Part shown: piece by piece, positions 1 to 14,427 of the stretch
Numbering within the stretch: the stretch's first letter is position 1
Layout: each line of letters begins with the position of its first letter
Assembly: GCA_951406725.2 (NCBI GenBank)
Contig: OX597835.1
Location: forward strand, 20,336,001-20,400,000
Direction of reading: 5' to 3'
Length of the DNA stretch: 64,000 nt
From: Octopus vulgaris
Lineage: Eukaryota
The notes under the pieces: generated by a model
What the model was told of the DNA's origin: nothing
Seen by the model: the letters and a program-made list of their open reading frames with translations, nothing else
Databases searched by the model: none
Translations under genes and position numbers: made by a program

Positions 1-486
1 ACACGTATTCTAATATATATCAGAGATACGTATGCGTGTTCGCATTTTATACCATATGGGAGTACTATGTATAGCTGTCTCTCACTACATTCAAATACAC
101 ACATACACACACACATATTAAATTCTCTATTTCATATGCACATACTGGAAATTACGCGTGTTTAGAAATACATATAGACATCAATGTATATCAATCTAAA
201 ATAGTTTGTGTTTAAAATACGATTTATAAGTTCTGTAGTATACCTGTGCAGTCAAAAGTAACTATATTTTGAATAAAACGAAATTCAACTAGCATTAACG
301 AATGTGTAATCTATGCATTGTACATAGATATATTTATAAGCCTGATTAACATGACAAAGCATTGGTACGTTCTATGGAATACATATAGTCATGCTTAAGT
401 AAATCCATATTCTGTTACAATTTTTGCGAAAATGATTTTCTTTATCATCAATTCATTCCCCGTACGATCTATAGATTGTTAGCTCT

Positions 487-710
487 CAGTCCGTTACGAT
501 GACGAGGGTTTCAGATGATCCGATCAACGGAACAGCACGCTCGGGAAATTAACGTGCAAGTGGCTGAGCACTCCACAGACACGTGTACCCTTAACGTAGT
601 TCTCAGGGAGATTCAGCGTGACACAGAGTGTGACAAGGCTGGCCCTATGAAATACAGCTACAGCAGAAACAGTAAGAAATAGTGAGAGAAAGTTGAGGTG
701 AAAGAGTAAT
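487..710 (-). mobile_element. SINE family B, 3' part only
   Basis: Matches the 3' half of the copies at 2079-2464 and 45016-45399 (gttacgatgacgagggtt...acacagagtgtgacaagg...gtgaaagagta). Confidence 0.8.
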
Positions 711-817
711 GCAGGGTTCTCTATATTTATCTTGTTGCATAAGAAGGTATTACGTACATGATATTTTTGAGCAGCTGCTAATCACGTGTGAGGACGTCCA
801 CAGGAATATGTATGTAT

Positions 818-1044
818 CTCTTTTACTTTTTTACTTGTTTCAGTCATTTGACTGTGGCCATGCTGGAGCACCGCCTTTAGTCGAGCAAATCGACCCCGGG
901 ACTTATTCTTTGTAAGCCCAGTACTTATTCTATCGGTCTCATTTACCGAACCGCTAAGTGACAGGGACATAAACACACCAGCATCGGTTGTCAAGCAATG
1001 CTAGGGGGACAAACACAGACACACGAACACATACACATACATAC

Positions 1045-1092
<48 letters not shown>

Positions 1093-1255
1093 TACGACAG
1101 GCTTCTTTCAGTTTCCATCTACCAAATCCACTCACAAAGCATTGGTCGGCCCGGGGCTATAGCAGAAGACACTTGCCCAAGATGCCACGCAGTGGGACTG
1201 AACCCGGAACCACGTGGTTGGTTAGCAAGCTACTTACCAAACAGCCACTCCTGCG
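818..1255 (-). mobile_element. tRNA-derived SINE family A, full length
   Basis: Minus strand has a head with A-box-like TGGCTGTTTGG and B-box-like GGTTCAGTCCC, an internal (TA)n/(TG)n tract, and a LINE-like 3' tail GGCGGTGCTCCAGCATGGCC-CAGTCAAATGACTGAAAC followed by a GTAAAAGAG-type repeat. Near-identical copies recur across the window. Confidence 0.9.
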
Positions 1256-1311
1256 TATGTGTACATGCATGTATGTATGTATGCAATTATAAAAGTACTA
1301 CATTGTGGATT

Positions 1312-1793
1312 GTGGAGGTGCAATGGCCCAGTGGTTAGGGTAGCGGACTCATAGTCGTAGCATCGCGGTTTCGATTCCCAGACCGGGCATTGTGAATGTT
1401 TATTGAGCGAAAGCACCTAAAGTACCACGATGCTCCGGCAGGTGTGTTGAACCCTGCTGTAGTCTTTCACCACAACTTTCTCTCACTTAGCCTTCTTGTT
1501 TCTGCTGTACCTGTATTTCAAAGAGCCAGCATTGTCACACTCTGTGCCACGCTGAATCTCCCCGTGAACTACGTTAAGGGTACACGTGTCTGTGCAGAGC
1601 TCAGCCACTTGCACATTAATAAACGAGCTGCGACGTCACTGGTGCCAAGCTGTATCGGCCTTTCCCTTTCCCTTGGGTAACACCGGTGGCGTGGAGAGGG
1701 GAGGCTGGTATGCGTTGGCGACTGCTGATCTTCCATAAACAACTTTCTAGCTGCGATCCCATGGTCAGTTATGTCCGAAGCGGGGTCACAACA
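1312..1793 (+). mobile_element. SINE family B variant with an alternative 3' region
   Basis: tRNA-like head TGGCCCAGTGGTTAGG...GGTTTCGATTCCC. Body matches family B to ~1625, then an unrelated tail ends in (ACA)n. Flanked by a TSD-like pair acattgtggatt/acattgtgaatt. Confidence 0.8.
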
Positions 1794-2078
1794 ACATTGT
1801 GAATTATTAAAATAATTATTACTGTATATCATTGTCATTCACACGATGAGAGCTGCTAAAGTCTCCCGTTAAATTTGATACAAGTATCAGTTAAGTAGGA
1901 AGCGGTGATAAATCACCGACACATTTTTGTAATACTATACTTGATACCTTTATAGTAGCCATCATTTCTTCGGTACCATTGGCGCATGATTAGCCCTGCC
2001 ATACACCTTATAAATGATCAACGTACTGCCTTCGAATACCTTATCTAGACATTGAATTTGTTGAACATAGGTATTATA

Positions 2079-2464
2079 GGAAGCACTCCGTCGGTTACGA
2101 CGACGAGGGTTCCGGTTGATCCGAATCAACGGAACAGCCTGCTCGTGAAATTAACGTGTAAGTGGCTGAGCACTCCACAGACACGTGCACCCTTAACGTA
2201 GTTTTCGGGGATATTCAGCGTGACACAGAGAGTGACAAGGCCGGCCCCTTGAAATACAGGTACAACAGAAACAGGAAGTAAGAGTGAGAGAAAGTTGTGG
2301 TGAAAGAGTACAGCAGGGATCACCACCATCCCCTGCCGGAGCCTCGTGGAGCTTTTAGGTGTTTTCGCTCAATAAACACTCACAACGCTCGGTCTGAGAA
2401 TCGAAACTGCGATCCTATGACTGCGAGTCCACTGTCCTAACCACTGGGCCATTGCGCCTCCACG
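2079..2464 (-). mobile_element. tRNA-derived SINE family B, full length
   Basis: tRNA-like head at the right end; 11-bp TSD taggtattata at 2068-2078 and 2465-2475; homologous to 8373-8754 and 45016-45399. Confidence 0.9.
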
Positions 2465-3010
2465 TAGGTATTATAAGTTGAAGGGAAACGCTTTCATTTG
2501 TGGTCATAAAGAAAGAAAAATTGATTCCTATAAACCAATACATTACGAGGCCACCGTTTTTGAAAATGCAACAATTTCAGTGTTATAAATTCTTGTGAAT
2601 ATATTTGGTTAAGGAGAGGAAACCATCTGTGTATACGAACCAGTGTATTGCTAGTAGACCAGTAACATAAGGGCCTGTGATTTAAGTGGTCTCCGCACCG
2701 ATATGCAAATTTCTACAAAACGATCTGTTAAATTTAACTGCCAAATTGAACCCTATCATCTTTTCTTAATATTCTACATTAGTTTCTTTAAATATTCTTT
2801 ATAATGACAGGTTGTTAATAATTAAAAATATTTTGAGTATATGTCTGTTTTGATACGGTGAGACTATGATCTATGTATGTTCGAAGTTGTCCATATCTTG
2901 AAGAAGAGAAATCTGCGTCCTCATTGAATATTGATTCCAAATGTTGTCACAAGGCCAGCAATTTTGGGGACGGGAACTTGTCGATTAATTCGACCCCTGT
3001 ACTGAAATAA

Positions 3011-3376
3011 TACTCTTTTACTCTTTTACTTGTTTCAGTCATTTGACTGCGGTCATGCTGGAGCACCGCCAGTACTTATTCTATCGGTCTCTTTTGCCGA
3101 ACCGCTAAGTGACGGGGACGTAAACACACCAGCATCGGTTGTCAAGCAATGCTAGGGGGACAAACACAGACACACAAACACATACACACACATATATATA
3201 TATACATATATACGACGGGCTTCTTTCAGTTTCCGTCTACCAAATCCACTCACAAGGCATTGGTCGGCCCGAGGCTATAGCAGAAGACACTTGCCCAAGA
3301 TGCCACGCAGTGGGACTGAACCCGGAACCATGTGGTTGATTAGCAAGCTACTTACCACACAGCCACTCCTGCGCCT
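3011..3376 (-). mobile_element. SINE family A with an internal deletion, nested in an older family C SINE (2945-3010 and 3377-3500)
   Basis: Same sequence as the other A copies but lacking the segment between gagcaccgcc and agtactt. The flanks join into a degraded family C sequence. Confidence 0.85.
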
Positions 3377-3609
3377 CATTTTATTGACTCCGAAAGAATA
3401 AAAGACAAAATCAACCTTGGCGGAATTTGAACACAGAAAATAAAGACGGACGAAATGCCGCTAGGCATTTTATCCGAAATGCTAATGATTCTGCCAGCTC
3501 AGTACCTTCTCTATATCAGCATCCAGCGGAAATGCACAACCATGGCCACGGTAATGCTGACTGTTGTAATCTACTGGTCTTTAATTCTAAATTATGATCC
3601 ATGCTTTCA

Positions 3610-3767
3610 CATCATCATCATTCATCATCATTGTTCGACCGTGGTCGAGACAATGGAATTTACCATGTTGCGCCAGACTTCACGGTCCATCATAGCATTA
3701 CGGAGGTCCTGTTGCTGGATGCCTGTATCCCTGGAGATTACATCAGGGTAGGAGAGTGTGCGCCCTC
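3610..3767 (-). mobile_element. 5'-truncated RTE-group LINE 3' end
   Basis: Minus strand translates RGRTLSYPDVISRDTGIQQQDLRNAMMDREVWRNMVNSIVSTTVEQ*, the D-x-G...DR-x-x-WR C-terminal pattern of RTE-group ORF2, followed by a (TGA)n tail. Confidence 0.7.
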
Positions 3768-5071
3768 AATACATGAAGCTAGATGCAACCAAGACTTTAG
3801 AGTAAAGTTTCAAATGCTTATGCGACTATATCGTATTTCTTTGAATTCCTTATATCAACATAGTTGTTCGTATTGTGATATCAGTATGAACTGTGTATGA
3901 TGATGTATCGAACTCTGCTCTGTTGTCCTAACTCGGTTAATACGAAGCAAACGCCCTTTATTAAAAACAGTGAAAGCAAAGATTAACGTTAGAAATATCT
4001 CTTAAAATCAGCTTTCAGATATGGCCAGAAAGCATTGATATCAGCACACAATAATTTGTTCCTCGTAAAAAGGGTGTGACATTTGAAGCAGTAGTGGTGA
4101 AGGTCAGATTGATATATGTAACAAATTCGATATATATTATTGTGCAGAAGAAAATCACCTGAGAAATATCCTCTACCCGAGCGAAACTATAAATTCTGAT
4201 CGATCGAAATTCGCATCAATTGATAGCCATATTTCAGGTTCATGACCCAAGCATTTTACCATTGAAATCAGCACGGATTACATGGACAAATGAATAGACA
4301 TCTTTTGGTCTTCTCGTTTCCTTTTATTTTAGTATCGATTGGTGATTTTAATTCAGTAATTGATTCCTGGAGAATATTTCATTTTTGAATTGATTTTTTG
4401 TTATTATTTATAATTTCGTTTTTCATTCTAAGTTGCCTCAATTAACGTTTTCCGTGTAGATGTAGAAATGGGAGGGGTGACTATTTCCAGCATAGCAGAC
4501 TTCTATTATGCCTTGACGCAAATACACGGTGATGGGGTGGGTGTGTGTGTGCGCGCACGTGAGTGTGTGCGCGCGTGTGTTGTGTGTATGGTGTAAACTT
4601 GACACATTACAAATACGTTAATTGCTAAGATCTTTGTATAGGTGCATGCCTTTTCTTTAGAACTTTTGCAGGAAAATCGAAAGATCGGAAGCAATTCTTA
4701 TATAAAAGACGTTAAGATCAATAACTATTATTCCAAAGGAACCAAATTTCCAACATTAATTCGTGAACGCGTGCGCAATATTATTCGATATAACAATATG
4801 CGTATATTCATTGATTTTTGAATAATATCTATGCATAATTCTGATATACTACACCTTTACATATTTATACTCCCAGTTGGGTATATAATACGCATGTGCA
4901 TATCAATTCAATGGTGGCATGATAAGTATTTCCAATAGAAATTGCACCGAAGTATTGAAGAATTTCAAACACATAACACGATGTCTATATACGCATTTTC
5001 TATAGTTGTGTGGCATTAACAACAGATTAATGCTTATCAGCATACACGCTTGTGTTTTCTGTTATACATAA

Positions 5072-5130
<59 letters not shown>

Positions 5131-5133
<3 letters not shown>

Positions 5134-5552
5134 TCTATTTTACTCTCTATACTCTTTTACTTGTTTCAGTCATTTGACTGCGGCCATGCTGGAGCATCGC
5201 CTTTAGTAGAGGAAATAGACCCCAGGACTTATTCTCTGTAAGAGAATTAGATTCTCCTACTACTTATTCTATCGGTCTCTTTTGCCGAACCGCTAAGTTA
5301 CATGGACACCAGCATCGTTTGTCAAGCGATGTTGGAGGCGACAAACACAGACACACAAACACACACACATATATATACATATACATATATACATCGGGCT
5401 TCTATCAGTTTCCGTCTACCAAATCCACTCACAAGGCTGTGATCGGCCCGAGGCTATAGTAGAAGACACTTGCCCAAGGTGCCACGCAGTGGGACTGAAC
5501 CCTGAACCGTGGGGCTGGTAAGCAAGCTACTTACCACACACCCACTCCTGCG
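5131..5552 (-). mobile_element. SINE family A, full length, moderately diverged
   Basis: Homologous to 818-1255 and 6996-7400. Confidence 0.88.
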
Positions 5553-5689
5553 ATACACACACATGTATATATATATATATATATATATGTACATAGTTAG
5601 ATGGAGAGAGACAGAGACAGGCAGACAGACACATAGAAATAGAGGTAGAGAGATATATAAATATATATGAATGTGTGCTTAAATCTAGT

Positions 5690-6020
5690 TGCAATCGATG
5701 CGAGCCAGGATCCTGTCCCTTTGAGCAACGACGTATGGTTAAATCTACAATATATGAGGAAGAACTTACTGCAACCGTAAATATGAATACAGGAGATAAT
5801 AAGATACATTAGAATATGTGAAGGAGAATTTAAAAATCGCTATGCCAATCACTTAACCTCCTTCAGACATAGGGACGAAAGCAAAGCTGCTAAGTTGGTT
5901 AGCTATGTATAGAGATTGAAAGTTTAACGAAGAACCACATGTGATTATGTGGAAAGTAGTTCAGAAATCCATATCTTATTATAATGTATCGAATGAATGC
6001 AGGCTTTGTTCAGATCTAGG
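5690..6020 (+). pseudogene. Penelope-like element GIY-YIG endonuclease remnant (frameshifted)
   Basis: Joined frames read CNRCEPGSCPF...STIYE...YIRICEGEFKNRYANHLTSFRH...LVSYV*RLK...IMWKVV...YYNVSNECRLC, matching the IY...YIG...FKxRYxNHxxSF...WxI...CxLC layout of PLE endonucleases. Confidence 0.75.
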
Positions 6021-6077
6021 ATCCTTAAGTCTCTACGGAACTCTAGGTAAGAATAATTCAGCGGTTGCAAGCATATT

Positions 6078-6246
6078 CTTTTACGTGTTTCAGTCATTTT
6101 TTTACTGTGTCCATGCTGGAGCACCCCCCCCTTTAGTCGTGCAAATCGCACCCAGGACTTATTCTTTGTAAGCCTAGTACGTATTCTATCTGTTTCTTTT
6201 GCCGAACCGCTGAGTTACAGGGATGTAAATACACCAGAATCGGTTG
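6078..6246 (-). mobile_element. SINE family A, 3' half
   Basis: Tail and body homologous to family A; head absent. Confidence 0.75.
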
Positions 6247-6514
6247 GGTGTGTGTGTGCGCGCGCGTGTGTGTGTATGTGTGTGTATTAATGTATATATT
6301 TCTATGTTTGTGTCATGTACGCATGTATGTATGTATCATGTATGTATGTGTGTGAGTGGTGTGTATTATAGACACATACATTTGCATGTAAGTACAAACG
6401 TTCTGCTATCTTTCATTCTGTAATGATTTGTACAACATATATGATGTATTAGTATGTTGACGGCTTAGTAAACAGCGTATATAGTACTTCAATATATAGT
6501 ATATAGTACTTCAA

Positions 6515-6826
6515 TGGGAGGCAGTTGCCGGCAACCGTGGAGATTGGCGACGTACCGTAAAAGAGGGAATACAAAGGAGTGACAGAGAGAGAGAGAGGAG
6601 AAATGGAAAGACAAGAAAAGACGTCAACAAGAAACTATGGCATTACAACCAGCCAGGAACAGTCTTCGCTACATTTGCGGTGCCTGCCAGAAGGAGTGTT
6701 TGTCCAGGATAGGACTACATAGCCACAACAGGAAATGTATCAGGACATGAAATGTAAAAGCCGGACTAGACTATTTTATGCGCAACTCCATTGTCTCCCG
6801 AGACAAAAAGGATGCCATCAACAATT
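6515..6826 (+). mobile_element. 5'-truncated RTE LINE 3' end with C-terminal zinc finger
   Basis: WEAVAGNRGDWRRTVKEG...(2-nt slip in a GA run)...YICGACQKECLSRIGLHSHNRKC* (stop 6748-6750), then a short 3' UTR ending ccattgtctcccgagac...gccatcaacaa. Confidence 0.8.
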
Positions 6827-6995
6827 AGTATTTAATACGGACGGAGAATTTTCTTCTGGAAGATAGACATATTTTTGAACATATGTATTAGTAATCACGC
6901 AAACCTCCAAGAAGGAACATCTCGTTATTCATGCTTACTTCGCAGCACATAGGAAAGTTTGATGGCAACAAAATAACAGCCCCCAGCGCGAAGTA

Positions 6996-7400
6996 TCTCT
7001 CTCTCTCTCTTTTACTCTCTTTTACTTGTTTCAGTCATTTGACTGCGGCCATGCTGGAGCACCGCCTTTAGTCGAGCAAATCGACCCCGGGACTTATTCT
7101 TTGTAAGCACAGTACTTATTCTATCGGTCTCTTTTGCCGAACCGCTAAGTGACGGGGACGTAAACACACCAGCATCGGTTGTCAAGCAATGCTAGGGGGA
7201 CAAACACAGACACACAAACACACACATATATATATACGACAGGCTTCTTTCAGTTTCCGTCTACAAAATCCGCTCACAAGGCATTGGTCGGCCCGGGGCT
7301 ATAGCAGAAGACACTTGCCCAAGATGCCACGCAGTGGGACTGAACCTGGAACCATGTGGCTGGTTAGCAAGCTACTTACCACACAGCCACTCCTGCGCCT
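6996..7400 (-). mobile_element. SINE family A, full length, young
   Basis: Nearly identical to 24037-24422 and 50231-50727. Confidence 0.92.
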
Positions 7401-8372
7401 ATATGAACTTGGCTTGAAATTGTAATTTATGGTTATATGCTATTCAAAATAAATCTGCAGTGACAGAAAAAAAACATCAAAAACGACACACACATATGTC
7501 TGTCTGTCTGTGTGTATATGAAGTAACGCTTTGAACAATAAAAAATTTCCTTCGGATTTTTGCAGATTTCTGAATGTTTTTAAATATCTTTTTATTTTTG
7601 CAATTGTCTGATAATACAGATACAGACTTCCATAAATGCAACTGAGATAGCCAAATCACAGGCGACTTCGAATTTTAATGTGGAGCTTCTTAATTCACAT
7701 CGGTTGTTCCTGCCGCGCCAAGGGTTAAAAATCATCTCACCTTCTGAGCTTATAAGAAAAACGCTGAACTCATACGCTGGATTTCAAAAACGGTGAACAT
7801 GGGAACTACAAATAATACGGGTGGCTTATTAGCAATTGAAGAATCTACAGGCAAATTTATAGACGCCATTACCTTGACAGAGTCTACTAAGAGGTACAGA
7901 AGCTCTGTTTGAATAACCGAGAAGAGGAGACTCCACAGCAGACATAGGCATATCACCGGCGATTTGGAAATTTTATTCCGGAATATCTCAATTTTCATCA
8001 GTGGCCCTTACCGCGCCTAGAGTTAAACTCAATTTTCCTTGTCAGCTATATCTGTGTGTGTGTGTGTATATACGTGTGTGTGTGTGCGTGTGTGTAGCTT
8101 ACTGTTCAATTAAAGCAAGATCAGAGAGCTACTAATAGATTTTTGTACACGCGGGTCTAGAAAAGTTTTTATAACAAGCCTTCTGTATCCAAGCAATTTC
8201 CGCGCTATGGGCACGTGGACTGTTTCATTTACAAATCAGAACGTTTGCAGAGGAGAAATTGAAACGAAAATCGAAAAGCAGATTAAAATATCGAAGGACG
8301 AATAAATATAAAGAAAAAATAGAAACATTAGAGTTATGTCCTCTTAGACCGTAAAACCATAATGCAGCTAGT

Positions 8373-8754
8373 GTGGAGGCGCAATGGTCCAGTGGTTAGG
8401 GCAGCGGACTCGCGGTCGTAGGATCGCGGTTTCGATTCCCAGACCGGGCATTGTGAGTGTTTATTGAGCGAAAACACCTAAAGCTTCACAAGTCTCCTGC
8501 AGGGGGTGGTGGTGAAACCTGCTGTACTCTTTCACCACAACTTTCTCTCACTCTTTCTTCCTGTTTCTGTTGTACCTGTTTTTCAAGGGGCCAGCCTTGT
8601 CACACTCTGTGTCACGCTGAATCTCCTCGAGAACTACGTTAAGGGTACAGGTTTCTGTGGAGTGCTCAGTCACTTGCACGTTAATTCCACGAGCAAGCTG
8701 TTCCGTTGATCGTATTAGTTGGGACCCTCATCGTCGTAACCGACGGAGTGCTCC
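8373..8754 (+). mobile_element. SINE family B, full length
   Basis: tRNA-like head (TGGTCCAGTGGTTAGG; GGTTTCGATTCCC); TSD-like taatgcagctagt/taatacagctagt. Confidence 0.9.
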
Positions 8755-9134
8755 TAATACAGCTAGTTGTAGAATAATTCAACGGAGAGGGATTAAAACA
8801 CGTTTGCAGTTGCTGAAACTTTCGGACAAGTGCAGCGAAATTCTCCAAAGAATACGCTGTCTTTTAGCTTCGTATTACTAGTATTTCTTTCAATGGCATG
8901 GATTTTTTTTTTCGATTCTTCTCTTGATTGCAGTTCATGAGCAGTTTGCTTTCTAAAGTCAACTTCGTAACATTAATAAAGTGAACCATATATAAATGAT
9001 AACTAAATTAACTTTCTCTTTTCCCTCCAGATAATATATTAACTTTATTTACCTACAAATACATAAACACATATGTTTGGGTGTGTATTTATGAGTGTGT
9101 ATGTGTTTGTGTGTGTCTATAAATTATGTGATGC

Positions 9135-9326
9135 ATCCATCTATCAGCTCAGTCGAAGTCGACTCTCGGTTACTCGATCGATCAGTGTCCTCCAGTCAGT
9201 TCTATCCTGGGCCGCTTCTTTCAGATTGGCTAAGTCCATTCCGGTATCACTCTAGATGGTGTCATGCCAGCGGGTTCTTGGTCGGCCTCTTCCTCTCTTG
9301 CCACTGACCATTCCGAGCATGATGTT
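9135..9326 (-). mobile_element. 5'-truncated RTE/BovB-like LINE 3' end
   Basis: Minus strand reads NIMLGMVSGKRGRGRPRTRWHDTI*SDTGMDLANLKEAAQDRTDWRTLIDRVTESRLRLS*, closely resembling the BovB-type ORF2 C-terminus. Confidence 0.8.
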
Positions 9327-9455
9327 ATGCATATTCATACATATTCAAGCAACTAACACAAATACAATGCTAGTCCTCATCGAAGTTATCCATGAAAGCT
9401 AATATCAGTGTTCTTCCATACAGATATACGGTTATAAAACCAGTAACAAACAACA

Positions 9456-9499
<44 letters not shown>

Positions 9500-9718
9500 G
9501 TTGGCGTGTGTAAGTTCACACAGTTAGAGGTTCGGCAAAACTAAGCTATCAGTATACGTACCAGCGTTAACAGAAAACAATAAAATGGTACTGGTGTCGA
9601 CTGATCCCACTAAAAAGTCTTCAGGGCGTGAAACAGAAGAACCAAAAGGCATATGTACACACACAAGTACATATACACACATACACGTACATGCAAATGC
9701 ATTTGCATATAGATACAG

Positions 9719-9793
<75 letters not shown>

Positions 9794-9838
9794 ATATATA
9801 TATTTATAATTATATATATAAATAAATATATATGTTTA

Positions 9839-9870
<32 letters not shown>

Positions 9871-9989
9871 CATTTATATCTATATATGTATATGTTTATT
9901 TATATTTATATATGTATATATTTATATATATATATATATATATATAGAAATAGAAATATATATATATAACTATATTTTATATGTATATA

Positions 9990-10054
<65 letters not shown>

Positions 10055-10507
10055 GTTTCCTTTCTGTGCTTCTGTGATTTGGCATGTCAATTCGTGTAAA
10101 TATAATATTATGTGTGCATTAAATACACACATATTTCACATGAATACGAAGCAAACGTGAATAGCGAGCATACGACTCTTCCATTAATTTCAGTGTAACA
10201 TAGATTTCTTTCCTATTATTCCTTCTATACACACACGGATTTACACTTTCTCTCATGCACACAAGCATACACATATAAAGATAGACAGTTGCACTTAGAG
10301 TCACATCAGGTCACACACACACACACACACACACACACAAAGACAAACACACACACGCACGTACATAAATCTCTCCTCTAGTTGAAATATTTCGTGCCAA
10401 CTCTTACTTTCTTAAATAAAACATTTCATAATGTATTAATGTATTAGCTAGAAGGAATATATTTCACAATTTTGTTGTAATTAAAAGCACGTTTGTCCAA
10501 TGTTATA

Positions 10508-10548
<41 letters not shown>

Positions 10549-10726
10549 ATACATTTATAAGCATACAATTATATATGTGTGTGTATATGCATATATATAT
10601 ATATGTACATATATATATATACATATATATATATACATATGTACACACACATATATATGTATACATTCATATAAATTCATATATACACATATATACACAC
10701 GTATTGTTAATACTATTATTATTATT

Positions 10727-10997
<271 letters not shown>

Positions 10998-11102
10998 CGC
11001 GCCACATGGAACTTACGCTCTCAGAGGCTTCTAACAGAAACCTAACTGTTTGTGCCCTGATAACCAAATCATATATGGGTGCTTGTATGTTTCTATATAA
11101 AT

Positions 11103-11159
<57 letters not shown>

Positions 11160-11562
11160 TATATACATACATATATATACACACATATATACATATATAT
11201 ATATATACATATATATATACTTATATATACACATATATTGGAACTCCTTGATTATACTCCTCTGCATAGAACTCCGCATTATACTCTTCCACTTTAAAAT
11301 AATTTTTGGCATGAAACTGGGTATATCGGTGTGTATGTATGTGTGTTACGTTCGTGTATGTTCGTTGTGTGTGTGTGTGTGTGTGTGTATGTGTGTGTTT
11401 GTGTGTGTTTGTGTGTGCGTTTATTTCTTAGCCTGCATGCACGTACATTGTGAAACATTTGGTGATTCCATCTGTTCCCCTCCGAGTTTCTTACACGTAA
11501 GTTACACGTGTTATTATTGAGATATATATTCAACATAAATGTCTTCGGATATATATACGTAT

Positions 11563-11600
<38 letters not shown>

Positions 11601-11714
11601 ACATAAATATATTCTATATAATATACCATTTTAAAATTTGGTATTTTACATATTTAATCTAATCATATATATATTAATATGAATATGTATACATACACAC
11701 ACTCACGCACACAG

Positions 11715-11826
<112 letters not shown>

Positions 11827-11828
11827 TA

Positions 11829-11895
<67 letters not shown>

Positions 11896-14161
11896 TTATC
11901 AATGCACACACGTCTGTATATATACATATACAATAATTTTCTAACTTTTTAATATTGTTTGTTCCAATGGTAAAAATTCAACACATTTTATATATAAAGT
12001 ATTTCACCACATCACGAAATGTGAATATTCATTTATATGTTCTTTTCTAACGCATTTCAAGAAAACATATATGTATACACACATACATTTCTTTCTTATT
12101 TCTTATTTGTTATCCGTCTCTTTTTTTGTTTTTTTATACTGATGTTATGTTTTTTTATCCTAGAAATATTATTAGCGAATATAACTTAATAAAAAACATA
12201 AAATGAACTGCTCTAATTTCTTTTAATTTTCCGCGTAATATTAGTCGCCATTGTTGTTTTATTCCTTATTTGTGATTCCGTTCTCTTTCAGTCTCTTTCT
12301 CCATTTTTTTCTCTCTCATTCTCATGTATTGTGTTTGTTGTTGTAGTTGTAATGTTTTTTCTTCCCTTGATATTTCTTGCTTATTTATTTATATATTTAT
12401 TTATTTATTTTCAACTTTATTTCTCCCCGTTTTCATTCTGGTTTCTTCAAAGAGTTCCCCGATCACAGAAAACTATCCTTGAAATCACGAAACATTTGAC
12501 AGAAATGTGAATTACAACAAGAATTGTACGTTTTTCGATTTTAGAATCGAATCAATTCTTCGTGGATATTTGCCATATTGGATTTATTTTTTTATTATAA
12601 TAGTGTTCTTATTTTTATACATTATTTCTTCCTTATTTGCGCTCTTTTCTATGTATTTTATTTATCAGATTATTTTTTTTTAATTTGGTGAGAATATTTT
12701 TTCTTCTCATTCTTTCATTCACTCCTACCCAATCGTTTTATTTTTCTCTTTCCTATGATCAAACCATCCGTTGTTTTGCCTTCTTTCCCTTTGTAGTGTT
12801 ATTTCCCTTTTACACTGAACATTAATTGAACATTTTACAAAAGCGACATTAACAAATCTTGTAGAAGATCAAGATCAAATACAAAAAAAAATATAATAAT
12901 ATAGAAAGAAAAGAACTGAAATGAAATTCCTCTCGAAAACTTCAATACATTTTTTTCCCAATATCTTTCAGGAACATTCCGTTTTATTTCATCTTTGAAT
13001 CAACAATCCTATTTAAAGCAAATATTTTAGTTGTTGCTGCTGCTCCTACTATTGCTTCTTCTGTTGCAACTGCGGCTCTATGTTTGATGCTAGTTCATTG
13101 TTATCATACAACCGTCTTATTTCTATTTTATCACTTACCAAACTTACTTAATGAACTCTCAGATTACAAAAAAACCCATTTCCCTTACACCCAGCCTGCT
13201 ACCACGAAAACAATGACCTAAAGTATATTCTTGGTCATAATTTGGTTCTTCAGTTTCCACGTCTGCTTCTGCATTTAACTTTTAAATAAGTTCAATATAG
13301 GTTTTTACTCACTAATCTGGAAATAATTCTTTCAATCTATCTTCTGGTATTAATTTCATTCATGTGATTGTTCGTAAACATATTAGATAGCTGTCATGTC
13401 CAATAAAGTTCTAACAATTACAAAATAGTTTATTGAAGGCTTCGATACATTCCATTAATCCTGTAGAGCAAAATACATCATTCTCAAAAGCACAGGGTTG
13501 TTATTCCTGTTGCTGTTCTATTACGCATTAAGTACTTTCTACTCTTCGTTGTATTACACTTAGAAGTACGTGAGTTACGCTGTTAGAACGTTCTCATCGC
13601 GAGAAACTTCAGAAAGCTTCTACAAAATGTAATTGGAATAATTCTACAGTTGCAGCATATTTTCTATGTACAGAAATGACAATTTCACTTTCTTAAAGAT
13701 CCGATATTGAAGAAGAGATATTTATAAAAAAGCATGGCACATATATAGTCTACTTCAAGCTTACAGGTTCATCCGGAGCCATCATATTTTATTCGTACTA
13801 CTTTTCAATGGAACATGACAAAGCTTTACTCGAGGAGAACACGTGGCGTTCGTACCTTGTAAAGAACCCCTAACTCAACACTCGTAACGTAGACCAGTGG
13901 TTTAACAAGTAGCCCAGGACCTCGACGGAATTAAAGACTACACAAATGTATTATACTACCATGGGTTCCCTAGAATATCACATATTACTTCTCATTTTAC
14001 AACTGTTATTCTCTAACATTATGAATACATAATTGTATACATGTATATTCGAATATAAGTACACAATCTTTCACACACATATACATATTCACATAGATAT
14101 TCTTGTCCATATATTTATGAATGTATACATGTATTTATATAAATATGTACATATGTTTATG

Positions 14162-14232
<71 letters not shown>

Positions 14233-14281
14233 AGTATGAATGTCTATATATATATATATATATATGTATGTATATATATAT

Positions 14282-14427
14282 ATCATCATCATCATCATCA
14301 TTTAGCGTCCGTTCTCCATGCTAGCATGGGTTGGACGGTTCAACTGGGGTCTGTGAAGCTGGAAGGCTTCAACAGGCCCAGTCAGATCTGGCAGTGTTTC
14401 TACGGCTGGATGCCCTTCCTAACGCCA
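14282..14427 (-). mobile_element. Retroposon (SINE/LINE) 3' fragment with (ATG)n tail
   Basis: GC-richer island in a TA tract; minus strand tggcgttaggaagggcatccagccgtagaaa...ggacgctaaatgatgatgatg. Confidence 0.6.

Noticed and set aside
1900-2900. Possible ancient Penelope RT on the minus strand around the SINE
   Set aside because: Only faint motif echoes across several frames; not supportable without a profile search.
7950-8010. CTGATGA on the minus strand followed by a hairpin
   Set aside because: No GAAA (reads CCAAA) and no credible stem I. The region looks more like a DNA-transposon end (…aagggttaa at 7720-7727 and a similar end at 8018-8026), which was also too incomplete to call.
8373-8445. 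tRNA gene candidates at SINE heads
   Set aside because: They have A/B boxes but no convincing acceptor stem and continue into SINE bodies with TSDs.
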